Shown piece after piece: positions 35,930 to 52,248 of a stretch of DNA of 64,000 nucleotides. The notes under the pieces are model-generated. The model was not told where the DNA came from and did not search any database. It saw only the letters and a program-made list of their open reading frames with translations. Both the position numbers and the translations under genes were made by a program. Every line of letters starts with the position of its first letter. Positions within the stretch are counted from its first letter, which is position 1. This stretch comes from an uncultured Peptococcaceae bacterium (GTDB lineage Bacteria; Bacillota; Dehalobacteriia; UBA4068; UBA4997), in contig CALCQI010000006.1 in assembly GCA_937897635.1 (NCBI GenBank), positions 26,552 to 90,551 on the forward strand, read 5' to 3'.

Positions 35930-35958
35930 ATTGTAGCATTTGCCAAACTCAATGTCAA
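35930..35958 (-). promoter_or_regulatory. Consensus sigma-A promoter driving the candidate sRNA
   Basis: Minus strand: TTGACA (35958-35953), 17 nt, TACAAT (35935-35930). It starts 2 nt after the upstream gene's stop. Confidence 0.65.
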
Positions 35959-35959
35959 G

Positions 35960-36793
35960 TTAGGGCAAATAGGTAAGCGGATCCACGGCTTTGCCTTTTT
36001 CCCATATTTCAAAATGCAGGTGCGGGCCTTCGGCTTCTTCAAAAAGCGGCGGCTCCGTTATCACGCCCAGGTTTGCTCCCGCCGCAACCTGTGCGCCGTT
36101 TTTTAACTTTTCGTTTGCGGTAAGCCCTGCATATACGGTTTTTAAATCCCCCGTATGTTTGATGGTTATCACCGTGCCTTGGCTTTTGTTTACGGTTATA
36201 TCCTCTATTTCGCCATCCCAAACCGCAACTACATTAGCACCCTTTTCAAGCGGCATATCCAAACCCTTGTGGAAACGGTAATCCTGCCAAGTATCATCAT
36301 AGGCATAGCCAAACAGCCTGTTCCACTCACCCTCAGCCGGCAAAAGTACAGGCCAGCTCAAACCTGCCATGGCCGACACTGTTTCTTCCGCTTCAGCTTT
36401 GCGCTCTGTTGCTTGGTCTTCGGCTGCTTCAGTATTGGGCAAGGCTTGTCCCGCTGCGGGTACTGTTATAGATGCTTGAGGCTCTACAGCTTCTTTCACA
36501 CTTGGTTCTTCAGGCTCTAGCCAATAATCGTTTGCTCCCAAAAAAACAGGTGTGCTTTGGTTTTCTAATTCAGCTTCTGTCGGAGCATTTACTTCTTTAT
36601 CATTAAGGGCAACTGATAACTGGTACTTGTTATACTGAAAAACATAAAGCCCTATTACCGCCAAAAGCAATACGCTAACCGTAATGCCACGTATCAACAA
36701 ATTACGCCATTTTTCCGCATTCTGCGGCTTTGCCAGCTTAGCTTTCAGGCAGGCTATCTTTTTTTTGAGCCATTCCCTAAAAAACATATACAC
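35960..36793 (-). CDS. spoIIQ: M23/LytM-domain membrane protein, SpoIIQ-like by context
   Basis: N-terminal TM segment. HKGLDM (HxxxD) and GPHLHFEI (HxH). It lies directly downstream of spoIID and murA, as in other clostridia. Confidence 0.55.
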   Translation of the reverse strand: MYMFFREWLKKKIACLKAKLAKPQNAEKWRNLLIRGITVSVLLLAVIGLYVFQYNKYQLSVALNDKEVNAPTEAELENQSTPVFLGANDYWLEPEEPSVKEAVEPQASITVPAAGQALPNTEAAEDQATERKAEAEETVSAMAGLSWPVLLPAEGEWNRLFGYAYDDTWQDYRFHKGLDMPLEKGANVVAVWDGEIEDITVNKSQGTVITIKHTGDLKTVYAGLTANEKLKNGAQVAAGANLGVITEPPLFEEAEGPHLHFEIWEKGKAVDPLTYLP

Positions 36794-36853
36794 GCTTTTC
36801 CACCTCCTGAAAATATACTTATTATATTTTCACCGAAAAATGGAAAATTATAC

Positions 36854-37810
36854 TTAATATTTTTGGCTGACCTTTACGCCTGTATAATAATGCTCCAAAA
36901 TTTCCTCATAGGTTTTGCCCAGCTTTGCCATACCGTTGGCACCATATTGACACATACCTACACCATGGCCGTAGCCTTGCTCGGAAAAAAAGTAACCTTC
37001 CGCAGTGCTCACCCAAGTAAAGGCTGTGGAATTAAGCCCCAAAAGCATGCGAAATTCATTGCCCTTCCATCTTTTTTCACCACAGCTTATAGTCATTATC
37101 CTGCCGCTGTCGCTAAGCTTGGCAATGCTTAAGCTTGCCAGCTCTTCCTCAGTTACGCCCAGCTTTTGCAGCATATCTTCCTTTTTGATTAACTGCTCAC
37201 TTACATATTTGGGGGCAGCGCTATCCCAGTAACAGGACACACTTTGCAAAGCCGGTACATCACTTGACCAATAATCCCCCGCTTTTTCGGTTTGACCACC
37301 GCAGGTAGAATGATAAAGTGCGGAAATAAGCTCACCGTTATAGGTAACCACCTGCCCATAGGTAGCGGCTGCGGCCGCCTCGATTTTTTGGCGGTAAGCC
37401 GCATAATTATCACCCCATTTTGCCTTACATTCCTCTTTATCATCATAAGCCTGACAATGCTTATGATCATCACAAATATTGGCACCTTCGGGGTGGCTGG
37501 TAGGGGTTGTACCTTCGGCCTGTTTAAGCTTGCTCATTACATAAGTGCGGGCGGCCACAGCCTGTGCTTTTAAGGCTTCCGCCTCAAAGCTTACAGGCAT
37601 TTCAGCCGCAACTATATTTGCTACCGCCTCTTCCACAGTTACTGTTTCCGCCTTTTCCTCACCAGTACGCCAAACTACTACGGTTGGCTGGACAGAGTTT
37701 TTGGCCTGTTCAGGCACCTGACGACCTTTGATAGTAAAAAAAGCGGCACATAAAAGCAAAAATATCAACAAAAGGGCTGCAAGAATCACCCAGCTTATTT
37801 TCTTCGGCAT
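36854..37810 (-). CDS. spoIID: Stage II sporulation protein D (lytic transglycosylase)
   Basis: SpoIID/LytB domain (ALKAQAVAARTY..., YHSTCGGQTE, GHGVGMCQYGA). ATG 37810 behind AGGAGG. Confidence 0.88.
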   Translation of the reverse strand: MPKKISWVILAALLLIFLLLCAAFFTIKGRQVPEQAKNSVQPTVVVWRTGEEKAETVTVEEAVANIVAAEMPVSFEAEALKAQAVAARTYVMSKLKQAEGTTPTSHPEGANICDDHKHCQAYDDKEECKAKWGDNYAAYRQKIEAAAAATYGQVVTYNGELISALYHSTCGGQTEKAGDYWSSDVPALQSVSCYWDSAAPKYVSEQLIKKEDMLQKLGVTEEELASLSIAKLSDSGRIMTISCGEKRWKGNEFRMLLGLNSTAFTWVSTAEGYFFSEQGYGHGVGMCQYGANGMAKLGKTYEEILEHYYTGVKVSQKY

Positions 37811-38013
37811 ATCTATACCTCCTTTTTGGCGAACATAATTATTTATATGTTCAAGCATGGCATTATAACCAAAAAAATTATTTATAAATTAAATTTCTTG
37901 AAAGCGCACCCTAAAACCAACTTTTATTGCCCGCTTTTGCTTATAAAAAAGCAATAGGTTTTTACTTTTTATAAAACACCCACAAACAATAAAGCTCTTT
38001 TAAAAAGGCAAAC

Positions 38014-38052
38014 AAAAAAGAGCGGCAGCCGAAACAGCTTTTGCGCTCTTTT
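38014..38052. terminator. Terminator downstream of murA
   Basis: AAAAGAGCG...CGCTCTTTT stem, with a T-run on the minus strand. Confidence 0.65.
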
Positions 38053-38123
38053 ATAATACGTATTGAACTCTAATAAACAAACAGCTAATTATGATAATTT
38101 ATATTCAACTTGTTTTAATTTAA

Positions 38124-39371
38124 TTATTCATAGCTTACAGCAGCACCTATAGATTGCAGCTTATTTACAAAATTTTCATAACCACGGTGAATATGATCCA
38201 CTGCCGTTATCTTGGTAATACCTTGGGCACCCAAACCCGCCATTACCAAAGCAGCACCCGCCCTTAAATCGGTAGCTTTGACATCGGCACCGCATAAGTT
38301 CGGCACACCCTTCACCACAACGGAATTGCCTTCAATTTTAAGGTCGGCAGACATACGGGAAAGCTCATCAACATGCATAAAACGGTTTTCAAAAACAGTT
38401 TCTGTAATCACGCTGGTACCTTTGGCAATAGATAAAAGTGCCATGAACTGAGCCTGCATATCCGTAGGGAAACCAGGGTGAGGCATGGTTTTTATATCAA
38501 CAGGCATTATTTCGGCACAGGCCTTTACCAAAATACCGTCATCTTCTTCTATAACTGTTATACCTGCTTCCTCCATTTTGGCAATTACAGATTTCAAGTG
38601 CTGGCTGATAACATTTTCCACCAATAGCTCACTTTGGGTCATAGCCGCCATCAGCATAAAACTGCCCGCCTCGATACGGTCGGGGATCACCACATGGCTT
38701 ACAGGTTTAAGGTCGGTTACACCTTCTATACGGATCACATTGGTACCGGCGCCTTTGATTTTAGCACCCATGGCATTCAAAAAGTTAGCCAGATCCACTA
38801 TTTCAGGTTCTTCGGCGACATTTTCCAAAACGGTATTGCCCTCTGCCAGGGTAGCGGCCATCATTAGGTTTTCCGTAGCACCCACGCTGGGAAAATCCAA
38901 ATAGATCCTGCTGCCATAAAGCTGATCCGCCTTGGCATCGATAAAACCGTTGCCAATAGTGATATTTGCGCCCATGGCCTCAAAGCCCTTAAGATGCAAA
39001 TCGATAGGGCGTGAGCCTATAGGACAGCCGCCCGGCAGGGAAACCTTGGCTCTGCCCAAGCGCGCCAAAAGTGGGCCCATCACCAAAAAAGAGGCCCTCA
39101 TTTTTTGTACATATTCATAAGGCGCGGTAATGCCCTGTAAACGGGAAGCATCTATATTAAGCGTTCCGCTTGCAAAATCTGTATCCACACCCAAATAATT
39201 TAAAACATCACACATCACCTTGACATCCGTAAGCCAAGGTGTTTCATGAATCTCACAAGCACCATCCACCAATATTGCAGCAGCCATAAGCGGTAAAACA
39301 GCATTTTTGGCACCGCTTACTCTTACCGAGCCGCTAAGTTTTCTGCCACCTTCTATAATAATTTTATCCAA
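38124..39371 (-). CDS. murA: UDP-N-acetylglucosamine 1-carboxyvinyltransferase
   Basis: Full-length MurA: MDKIIIEGG..., with active-site Cys in [13 protein letters not shown]. Confidence 0.95.
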   Translation of the reverse strand: MDKIIIEGGRKLSGSVRVSGAKNAVLPLMAAAILVDGACEIHETPWLTDVKVMCDVLNYLGVDTDFASGTLNIDASRLQGITAPYEYVQKMRASFLVMGPLLARLGRAKVSLPGGCPIGSRPIDLHLKGFEAMGANITIGNGFIDAKADQLYGSRIYLDFPSVGATENLMMAATLAEGNTVLENVAEEPEIVDLANFLNAMGAKIKGAGTNVIRIEGVTDLKPVSHVVIPDRIEAGSFMLMAAMTQSELLVENVISQHLKSVIAKMEEAGITVIEEDDGILVKACAEIMPVDIKTMPHPGFPTDMQAQFMALLSIAKGTSVITETVFENRFMHVDELSRMSADLKIEGNSVVVKGVPNLCGADVKATDLRAGAALVMAGLGAQGITKITAVDHIHRGYENFVNKLQSIGAAVSYE

Positions 39372-39505
39372 AGCATTGCCTCCAAAAATTCATCCGATAT
39401 ATATTCTAGCTATAACGTCATTTTTCCTGCTCTGTAAAATATTTTCCCTAACCAGTTTGCACCAAAACTGCAATTTTAACCCTAAAAACAAAACACCATA
39501 ACCCC

Positions 39506-39543
39506 AAAATCAAATTGCGGTTTAAAAATTAAACCGCAATTTG
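39506..39543 (-). terminator. atp operon terminator
   Basis: AAATTGCGGTTTA / TAAACCGCAATTT stem plus a T-run on the minus strand. Confidence 0.8.
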
Positions 39544-39568
39544 GTATAAAAGTTATAGTGCTTTAAAT

Positions 39569-39982
39569 TTATTTTTTAAGCTCAGCAACATGAATACGGT
39601 TAATAGAGCGTTTTAAGGCAAGCTCAGCCCGCAGAACATCCAATTCTGCATCATCTTTGCGTACCAAGCGTTCCTCAGCCCTTTCCTTAGCATTGATAGC
39701 ACGAGCAATATCTATATCCTCCGCTTTTTCCGCAGAAGTGGCAAGGATTATTACCACATTGTCCTTGACCTCCAAAAAACCGCCCGAAACTGCCAAATAA
39801 TTCTCTTTATCCTCTTTAGTATATTTGATGGCGCCAATTTCCAAGGTCGTCATCAATGGTGTGTGGTTAGCCAAAATCCCCATTAAACCTAAGGCAGAAG
39901 GTACCTGCACAGTACTTACCGCATCGGAAAATACTATGCCCGCCGGTGTAACTATGTCTAAGCGAATTACATCTGCTGCCAT
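39569..39982 (-). CDS. atpC: F1 ATP synthase epsilon subunit
   Basis: Size, position, and an N-terminal beta-sandwich plus C-terminal helices pattern. Confidence 0.9.
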   Translation of the reverse strand: MAADVIRLDIVTPAGIVFSDAVSTVQVPSALGLMGILANHTPLMTTLEIGAIKYTKEDKENYLAVSGGFLEVKDNVVIILATSAEKAEDIDIARAINAKERAEERLVRKDDAELDVLRAELALKRSINRIHVAELKK

Positions 39983-39985
39983 AGT

Positions 39986-42296
<2,311 letters not shown>

Positions 42297-42336
42297 AGCA
42301 TTTCACCACCTTTACACTACAAAATCAATAGCTGTG

Positions 42337-43857
<1,521 letters not shown>

Positions 43858-44394
43858 CTATTTAGACAACTGCTGCCGCAAAGCTTCCAATTGGTGAGCA
43901 ATGCTGCCGTCATATACCGTATTACCTATTTGAACCTTTAACCCCCCCAGCAGAGCTTTATCCACCCCTGCTTTAATGCTTATCGGTTTATCAAATTTAT
44001 TTTGCAGCGTTTTCGCTATTTTAGCCAATTCGTCATCTGCCAAAGGAACCGCGGCAGTAACACTTACGGGCACAATGCCCGCAGCCTCGTTGACCATTTC
44101 ATCAAACAGCCTGCTGATTTCGTAAATATAGTCTTCCCTGCCTTTATCCAAAACAAGAAAAAGCAAATTTAAGATATACACAGAAAATTGTTCGCCGAAA
44201 AGTTTTCGCACCAGCTCTTTTTTTTCATTTATGCCAATGGCTTTGCCCAAGAACAGTTTTGCGAATTTTTGATTGTCTGCCAATGCAGAAACGATCAAAT
44301 GCAGCTCTTGCTGAAAGCGGTTTATTTGATTTTTTTCCTCTGCGATGGCAAAGAGTGCTTTACCATAACGCCGCGCCACACTCCTGTCAATCAT
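43858..44394 (-). CDS. atpH: F1 ATP synthase delta (OSCP) subunit
   Basis: Position and the RYGKALF... N-terminus. Confidence 0.85.
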   Translation of the reverse strand: MIDRSVARRYGKALFAIAEEKNQINRFQQELHLIVSALADNQKFAKLFLGKAIGINEKKELVRKLFGEQFSVYILNLLFLVLDKGREDYIYEISRLFDEMVNEAAGIVPVSVTAAVPLADDELAKIAKTLQNKFDKPISIKAGVDKALLGGLKVQIGNTVYDGSIAHQLEALRQQLSK

Positions 44395-44876
44395 TTAAGC
44401 CCCTCCAACTCTTTAATATATTTATCTACCAGGGCCTTATGCTGCTCCGGTGATACATTTTCTGCCAATACTTTTTCAGTAACCATTATCACTAGCTGAG
44501 CAACCTCGCTCTTGATATCGGAAATGGCACTGATTTTTTGCTGCTCTATTTCTTCCTGAGCCCGAACTAAAGCAGCATCCGCAGCTTCATTTGCCTGTTT
44601 CAAAATAACATTTTTAGCTTCTTCACCAGCACGCTGCGATTGTTCCACGATTTCTCTGGCCTGACGGCGCGCATTTTCAATATCTGCGCTTATTTTGGTT
44701 TTTGTTTCAGAAACTTCTTTTCTAGCCAGCTCTGCCTTTTCCAGGCTTTCATCGATTTGATTTTTTCTGGAATCCATTGCATTAATCAATTTTTTCCATA
44801 ATAATTTATAAAGTATAAATAAAAGTAACGCGAAGTTTAAAAGCGTAGCTAAAAAATCCCAAATACTAAATTCCAA
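44391..44876 (-). CDS. atpF: Fo ATP synthase b subunit
   Basis: One TM segment followed by a long charged helix; 4-nt overlap with atpH. Confidence 0.85.
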   Translation of the reverse strand: MEFSIWDFLATLLNFALLLFILYKLLWKKLINAMDSRKNQIDESLEKAELARKEVSETKTKISADIENARRQAREIVEQSQRAGEEAKNVILKQANEAADAALVRAQEEIEQQKISAISDIKSEVAQLVIMVTEKVLAENVSPEQHKALVDKYIKELEGLK

Positions 44877-44990
44877 GGCTACTGCCTCCTCTCATGTGAG
44901 GCCACTACCCGAGGGGCTCTCCCCTCGGGTTTTTGGCAATATCTACGTTCTACTACCTAAACAAAAAACATTCATTGTATAAGTCAAAAA

Positions 44991-45973
<983 letters not shown>

Positions 45974-46009
45974 TGTTTACATCTCCTTTAGTGGTCAAAT
46001 AACAAACTT

Positions 46010-46453
46010 TTATTTTTTAAGGCTCTCTTCTCGCAGAAAAGCCTTTTCATCAACTATTACTCTGCCGTCTTCGGCTTTTCGAGGCATCAAATCATCTATC
46101 TTTTCGGGTTCGGCCAGCCTTTCGGTCAATTTTTCACCCGGTTTTTTTTCAAGACCCATGTGCATAGCCAAAACCCTGGCAGGCAGTGTAAGCCCTATGG
46201 CCGTTCCTATAAGTATAAACTCCCAATTAAAAGGCAAATAGTTGCGCACCGCAAAAACAATTATCAAAACCGCTATATTAATAATATAACGAACTGCATA
46301 AACCCTGGCTATAGACTGCTTATTTTGCATTTCATCATTAAGGCTCAATTTACGTAATGTCCTCAACAACAGTAAATGATCTATAACTGAAAATACCGTA
46401 CCAACGGCGCCGCCAAGTAAAAGGGACAAAACTATAACAGTTGTGTTATTCAT
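46010..46453 (-). CDS. atpI: ATP synthase protein I-like membrane protein
   Basis: Hydrophobic, located immediately upstream of atpB. Confidence 0.6.
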   Translation of the reverse strand: MNNTTVIVLSLLLGGAVGTVFSVIDHLLLLRTLRKLSLNDEMQNKQSIARVYAVRYIINIAVLIIVFAVRNYLPFNWEFILIGTAIGLTLPARVLAMHMGLEKKPGEKLTERLAEPEKIDDLMPRKAEDGRVIVDEKAFLREESLKK

Positions 46454-46674
46454 TGCTTATCACCATGCCCTTCAACATCTTTTTCCTTCGTTTGCGCCTT
46501 TTCCAACCTCAACAAATCCCGATACAGCATATATATAGAAAAAAATATGGTAAAAACAACCATTACTATGGTAATATAGCCGTTGCCGCCTCCAAAGCGT
46601 CTATCCAACCAGCCGCCAAAAAGCACACCTATAAGGTATATCCTTACGGCAAGGTTTATACCAAAGCTCATCAT
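46450..46674 (-). CDS. AtpZ/'ATPase gene 1' family small membrane protein
   Basis: 74 aa, two TM segments, GGWLDRRFG motif. It is the first gene of the atp operon and overlaps atpI by 4 nt. Confidence 0.65.
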   Translation of the reverse strand: MMSFGINLAVRIYLIGVLFGGWLDRRFGGGNGYITIVMVVFTIFFSIYMLYRDLLRLEKAQTKEKDVEGHGDKQ

Positions 46675-47093
46675 AATAGCAAGCCCGGTTTTACTTCCAC
46701 CCTTATTCGGCTTAAGCTTGTTTTCAGCCGTTCCTGTCAGCCCCCTTTACAAACAACCAGCATAAAGAGCTCAACATCTTTTATAATTATACAACAAAAT
46801 TTATGCCATGGCTAGTACGATTTTAAACTTTTTTACAAAAAAATTGAATAAATCCGCAAGTGAATTTTCAAAATAATTCAAATTATCCGCAGATAAGGGC
46901 AGAAAAAACGGTATTTTTAAAAATGAAACAATTGTTACAAAATTTTTATAATTCAAACAGAGTCTAATGTATAACATATACAAAAAAAGTGCATAAAATT
47001 CTAGGAAAAATGGATAAAAGACTGCTTTTTATTTATTTTTCCTTCTATTAAAATAATTAATCATTATGAACCACCTGTCAGAGCCTTATCATC

Positions 47094-47124
47094 AAAAATA
47101 GGGCAGGCCTGATTCGGCCGCCCC
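47094..47124 (-). terminator. Terminator downstream of wecB
   Basis: GGGGCGGCC...GGCCTGCCC stem plus TATTTTT on the minus strand. Confidence 0.6.
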
Positions 47125-47199
47125 ATTTATACTTTTTTATACTGCATTGTTTTTACTTATTCAGCTAAGTAAGAAGAAAGGCAAACCTAAGATATTTTG

Positions 47200-48330
47200 C
47201 TAAAGCATGCCCTGTTTATGCCATTTCAATATAGCCTCCACTATGCGCTTGGCGGCAAAGCCATCACCGTAAGGGTTACCGGCCTGCGCCATTTTACGGT
47301 ATACTTCCACATCATCCAAAAGCAGGTTGATGCCGTCATAAACCCCATTAAAGCTATTGCCCAACAGCCTAGCCGTACCCGCCGCCACAGCTTCGGGGCG
47401 CTCTGTTACCTCCCTTAAAACCAATACGGGCTTGCCTAAAGAAGGAGCTTCCTCCTGCATGCCACCGCTATCCGTCAAAACCAGGTAGCTTTTATCCATC
47501 AGCTTGGCAAAGGGTTGGTAATCCAAAGGCTCTATCAAATACACATTATCAAAATTAGCTAAATGACGCTTAGCTATTTCCCGCACCAGGGGATTTTTGT
47601 GAACAGGGAAAACTATTTCCAGTTCCGGCCTTTCCGCCGCTATTTTGGCAACTGCTCCAAAAATAGCTTCCATAGGTTCGCCCCAATTTTCCCTGCGGTG
47701 GCAGGTAAGCAGGATAACTTTTTTTTGCCAATCCACTTTAGCCAAACCGTAAGAGGCCAAATCGCAATCTTTTTTTACGGTTTGCAATAAAGCATCTATT
47801 ACAGTATTGCCTGTTATGATGATTTTATTCTCGTTAATACCACAAGCCAAAAGGTTATTTTTAGCTGTAGGCGTGGGCGCAAAATGAAGATCCACAAGCG
47901 AGCCCGTAAGCATACGGTTCATTTCCTCGGGGTAGGGCGCATATTTATTACCCGTACGCAAGCCCGCCTCCACATGGCCACTTGGCTTTTGATTATAAAA
48001 AGCCGCCAAAGCACCTGCAAAAGTAGTGGTTGTATCACCATGCACCAAAACTAAATCAGGCTTAGCTTTCGCCATAACCTCCACCAAGCCTTCCAAGGCT
48101 GCGGAGGTTATCTGTGCCAGGCTTTGTCCATGCTTCATAATATTCAAGTCATAGTCTGCCGTCAAAGCAAAGCAATCCATCACCTGATCCAGCATTTCCC
48201 TGTGCTGGGCGGTAACGGCAACCATACTTTCTATTTGCGGCTCCTTTTGCAGTTCCTGCACCAAGGGAGCCATTTTTATAGCTTCGGGACGGGTACCGAA
48301 AACCGAAAGCACCTTTAATTTTTTTGCCAT
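47200..48330 (-). CDS. wecB: UDP-N-acetylglucosamine 2-epimerase (non-hydrolysing)
   Basis: KVLSVFGTRPEAIKMAPL..., HGDTTT, TDSGGMQEEAPSLGKPVLVLR. ATG 48330 behind GGAGGG. Confidence 0.9.
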   Translation of the reverse strand: MAKKLKVLSVFGTRPEAIKMAPLVQELQKEPQIESMVAVTAQHREMLDQVMDCFALTADYDLNIMKHGQSLAQITSAALEGLVEVMAKAKPDLVLVHGDTTTTFAGALAAFYNQKPSGHVEAGLRTGNKYAPYPEEMNRMLTGSLVDLHFAPTPTAKNNLLACGINENKIIITGNTVIDALLQTVKKDCDLASYGLAKVDWQKKVILLTCHRRENWGEPMEAIFGAVAKIAAERPELEIVFPVHKNPLVREIAKRHLANFDNVYLIEPLDYQPFAKLMDKSYLVLTDSGGMQEEAPSLGKPVLVLREVTERPEAVAAGTARLLGNSFNGVYDGINLLLDDVEVYRKMAQAGNPYGDGFAAKRIVEAILKWHKQGML

Positions 48331-48568
48331 ATTGCCCTCCAACTGTAAAACGGAACGCTAAAAACAGCGTTCCCTTGTTTTATAAACTATCTTTGGCAAA
48401 ACAGGCTATATACTTAATGCCGAACCTATTGCCTGCCTCAAGCCTTTATTAAACTGTTTAAGCTTATTCCTATTTTACCGAAAACACCTATATTATAGGC
48501 AGGCGCCGTACCTTTGATGCAGCACCTGCCTTAAGGCGGCAAGCCTTTTAGCCTTATACGCCGCTTTC

Positions 48569-49030
48569 TTATTTTGGACGCAAATCCTCCATGCTAACCA
48601 GCTCCATGCCAACTTCCTTGGCAAGCCGGCAAGCCAATTCATCCGGGTAGGTACTGTCGAAAACAACTCGTCTTATGCCTGAGGTAGCCATGGCCTTAAC
48701 ACAGGTAGTGCAGGGCTGGGTAGTAACATACATGGTTGCGCCCTCCAGCGGCGTACCGTAACGTGCGGCAAAATTGCACACATTGGCCTCAGCATGTTGG
48801 GCACGGCAAATTTCCTGCCTTTGGCCGCTGGGTACACCCAAACGGTCCCTTAGGCAACCGCCCAATTCATCACAGTGCGGCGCGCCCGACAAAGCACCGT
48901 TATAACCCGTACCGAGTATACGGTTTTCCTTGCTTACGGCTACTGCGCCCACCCTTCTTCTGGCACAGGTGGAACGTGTGGCTACCTGATGCGCTATCGT
49001 CATAAAATATTCATCCCAGCTTTGACGCAT
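48569..49030 (-). CDS. dCMP deaminase (ComEB-type deoxycytidylate deaminase)
   Basis: HAEANV...PCTTCVKAM zinc motifs; WDEYFM N-terminus. Confidence 0.85.
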   Translation of the reverse strand: MRQSWDEYFMTIAHQVATRSTCARRRVGAVAVSKENRILGTGYNGALSGAPHCDELGGCLRDRLGVPSGQRQEICRAQHAEANVCNFAARYGTPLEGATMYVTTQPCTTCVKAMATSGIRRVVFDSTYPDELACRLAKEVGMELVSMEDLRPK

Positions 49031-49071
49031 GGCAAACCTCCTAACTAAAGCAGTATCTTCAATACCTTATT

Positions 49072-50322
<1,251 letters not shown>

Positions 50323-50359
50323 TTTACAATTGCCTCCTGAATTTATATATATTTTTTTA

Positions 50360-50944
50360 TTATATACCGCTGGTTTCGGGCATTGCATATAAAGCCCTTT
50401 CGCCGCCAATAAGTTTTGGCCTTACCCTGGCTGCTGTAACTATGGCCTCACCCACTTTGGCAGGTTCCACCCTTACGGGCACTGCCACCCTTTGCAGGTG
50501 CATACCAATCATGGTTTGGCCTATATCCAGCCCAAAATGCCCGTGTATTTCTTCCACCAGTACCGGCTCCTCCATACGCTCGTACAACATTTGATACACA
50601 GCTGACGCAAAAGAACCGCCCGCTTTGGGATGTGGTATCGCAGAAACTACCGTAAGGCCATATTTTTCCGCACAGACCGCTTCAACAACCAAAGCTCTGT
50701 TCAAATGCTCACAACACTGCGCCGCCAAATAAAGATGGTTTTTATCTGTTATCTTCAGCAGAGCCGCCGCCACCTCCTTGCCTATTTCCGCATTAGAGGC
50801 CTTGCCTATCCTACCGCCTGCGATTTCGCTGGAACTGCAGCCAACTACAACTATTTGCTCTTCTTTGGGCTTAGAAGTTGCCAGCAAAGCCAAAAGTGCC
50901 TTGGCAGCCGCTTCTCCGTAATTATTCTGAGACATTATCATCAC
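50360..50944 (-). CDS. UPF0340 (YwlG/TIGR01440-type) protein
   Basis: [15 protein letters not shown]...[15 protein letters not shown]. Same position as B. subtilis ywlG, next to glyA. Confidence 0.75.
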   Translation of the reverse strand: MMIMSQNNYGEAAAKALLALLATSKPKEEQIVVVGCSSSEIAGGRIGKASNAEIGKEVAAALLKITDKNHLYLAAQCCEHLNRALVVEAVCAEKYGLTVVSAIPHPKAGGSFASAVYQMLYERMEEPVLVEEIHGHFGLDIGQTMIGMHLQRVAVPVRVEPAKVGEAIVTAARVRPKLIGGERALYAMPETSGI

Positions 50945-51449
50945 TTCCGTTTTTTTCTTTTTTATTATCAGCTATGGCAAGGGCTATTTCCTCTGCCCTT
51001 TCTATAGCCATCATATCCTCTATGGCAGTTATTTTATTCACCCTTCTTTGGTGCCTGCCGCCTGCGAACTCGGTTTTAAGCCAAGTATCCACTATATCCA
51101 GCGCTATATTCCAATCCACTACTCTTGCGCCCATGGTAAGCACATTGGAATCATTATGCTCCCTGGTAGCCTCGGCAGAAAAAAGATCGTGGCATAAGGC
51201 TGCCCTAATGCCGGGCACTTTATTGGCGGCAATACCTACGCCTATGCCTGTGCCGCAAACCAATATGCCTTTTTCACATTTACCGCTAGCCACGGCTTTG
51301 CTTACATAAAAAGCATAATCGGGGTAATCTACGCTTTCCTCATCAAAGGTACCAAAATCCTCAAAGGCCAAATTTTTAGACTCTAAATAATCTTTAATTT
51401 TTTCTTTTAATTGAAAACCCGCATGATCGCAACCTATAGCTATGGTCAT
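50922..51449 (-). CDS. rpiB: Ribose-5-phosphate isomerase B
   Basis: MTIAIGCDHAGFQLKE...VCGTGIGVGIAANK. It has a C-terminal tail about 25 aa longer than I expect. ATG 51449 behind GAGGAG. Confidence 0.88.
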   Translation of the reverse strand: MTIAIGCDHAGFQLKEKIKDYLESKNLAFEDFGTFDEESVDYPDYAFYVSKAVASGKCEKGILVCGTGIGVGIAANKVPGIRAALCHDLFSAEATREHNDSNVLTMGARVVDWNIALDIVDTWLKTEFAGGRHQRRVNKITAIEDMMAIERAEEIALAIADNKKEKNGSDDNVSE

Positions 51450-51765
51450 AAACAAACTCCTCTCGGCAATTAATAAATTATATTTCGCCAAGAAACGGGC
51501 TTTTCCTTTTCTTTTACGGTTATCTTATTTGAAAAGCGCTCTCTTTTAAATTATTTGCGTTTACTACTAATATTTTTTGTTTTCCCTATATGCCAATAAT
51601 TTTTTAACTAAACATGCTCTGGCAAAAACTAGCGCCGTAAACATTGTGTTTCACAAGCTTATATTAAATTATGTTATTCCGAACTCATTGAAAAATAATT
51701 AAAAAGCAATATAATATCCTTGGCTGACGCTTAGAACAAAAAGCCAATAACCCTAATATTGAAAT

Positions 51766-52248
51766 TTATTTAACAGGGAGCTTGGCAGCCAATGCAAAAA
51801 GCAGTTTTTCTATGTTATTCGCTGTATCTAGATATACTTCCGTAGGCAAACCGTAAGGATCGTTTATTTCCGCTAAAGCGGTATTATCGTTTTCTGTTTC
51901 ATCTGCGGCCAGTTCGCCCAAAGTGAACACCTTGGTGGCAAATTCAGGAAAATGCGCCAAAACAGCCCTTTTGTGTGAGGATGTCATAGGTATTATAAGC
52001 TCCGCCTCCTCCAGCAAATAAGATGTTACGGCGCGGGAACGGTGTGCCTCCAAGCTAAAACCACGTGCGGCCATGGCAGCTATGGCACCCTCACTGGCAA
52101 GCATGCCCGAAAAACCCGCAAGCCCCGCCGAGCTTATGGCAATATCAGGAAATATTTCACGGGCCAGGCACTCCGCCATAGGGCTGCGGCAGGTATTGCC
52201 CGTGCAAATAAACAGCATGGATTTAGGGCGGACAGTGAAATCGTACAT
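51766..52248 (-). CDS. ywlE: Low-molecular-weight protein (arginine/tyrosine) phosphatase
   Basis: LFICTGNTCRSPMAE P-loop; DPYG motif. ATG 52248 behind AAGGTGGTG. Confidence 0.85.
   Translation of the reverse strand: MYDFTVRPKSMLFICTGNTCRSPMAECLAREIFPDIAISSAGLAGFSGMLASEGAIAAMAARGFSLEAHRSRAVTSYLLEEAELIIPMTSSHKRAVLAHFPEFATKVFTLGELAADETENDNTALAEINDPYGLPTEVYLDTANNIEKLLFALAAKLPVK

Noticed and set aside
35754-35936. 60-aa plus-strand ORF in the glnN/spoIIQ spacer
   Set aside because: It has no RBS and starts inside the terminator tail. The region is better explained by the minus-strand promoter-to-terminator RNA unit.
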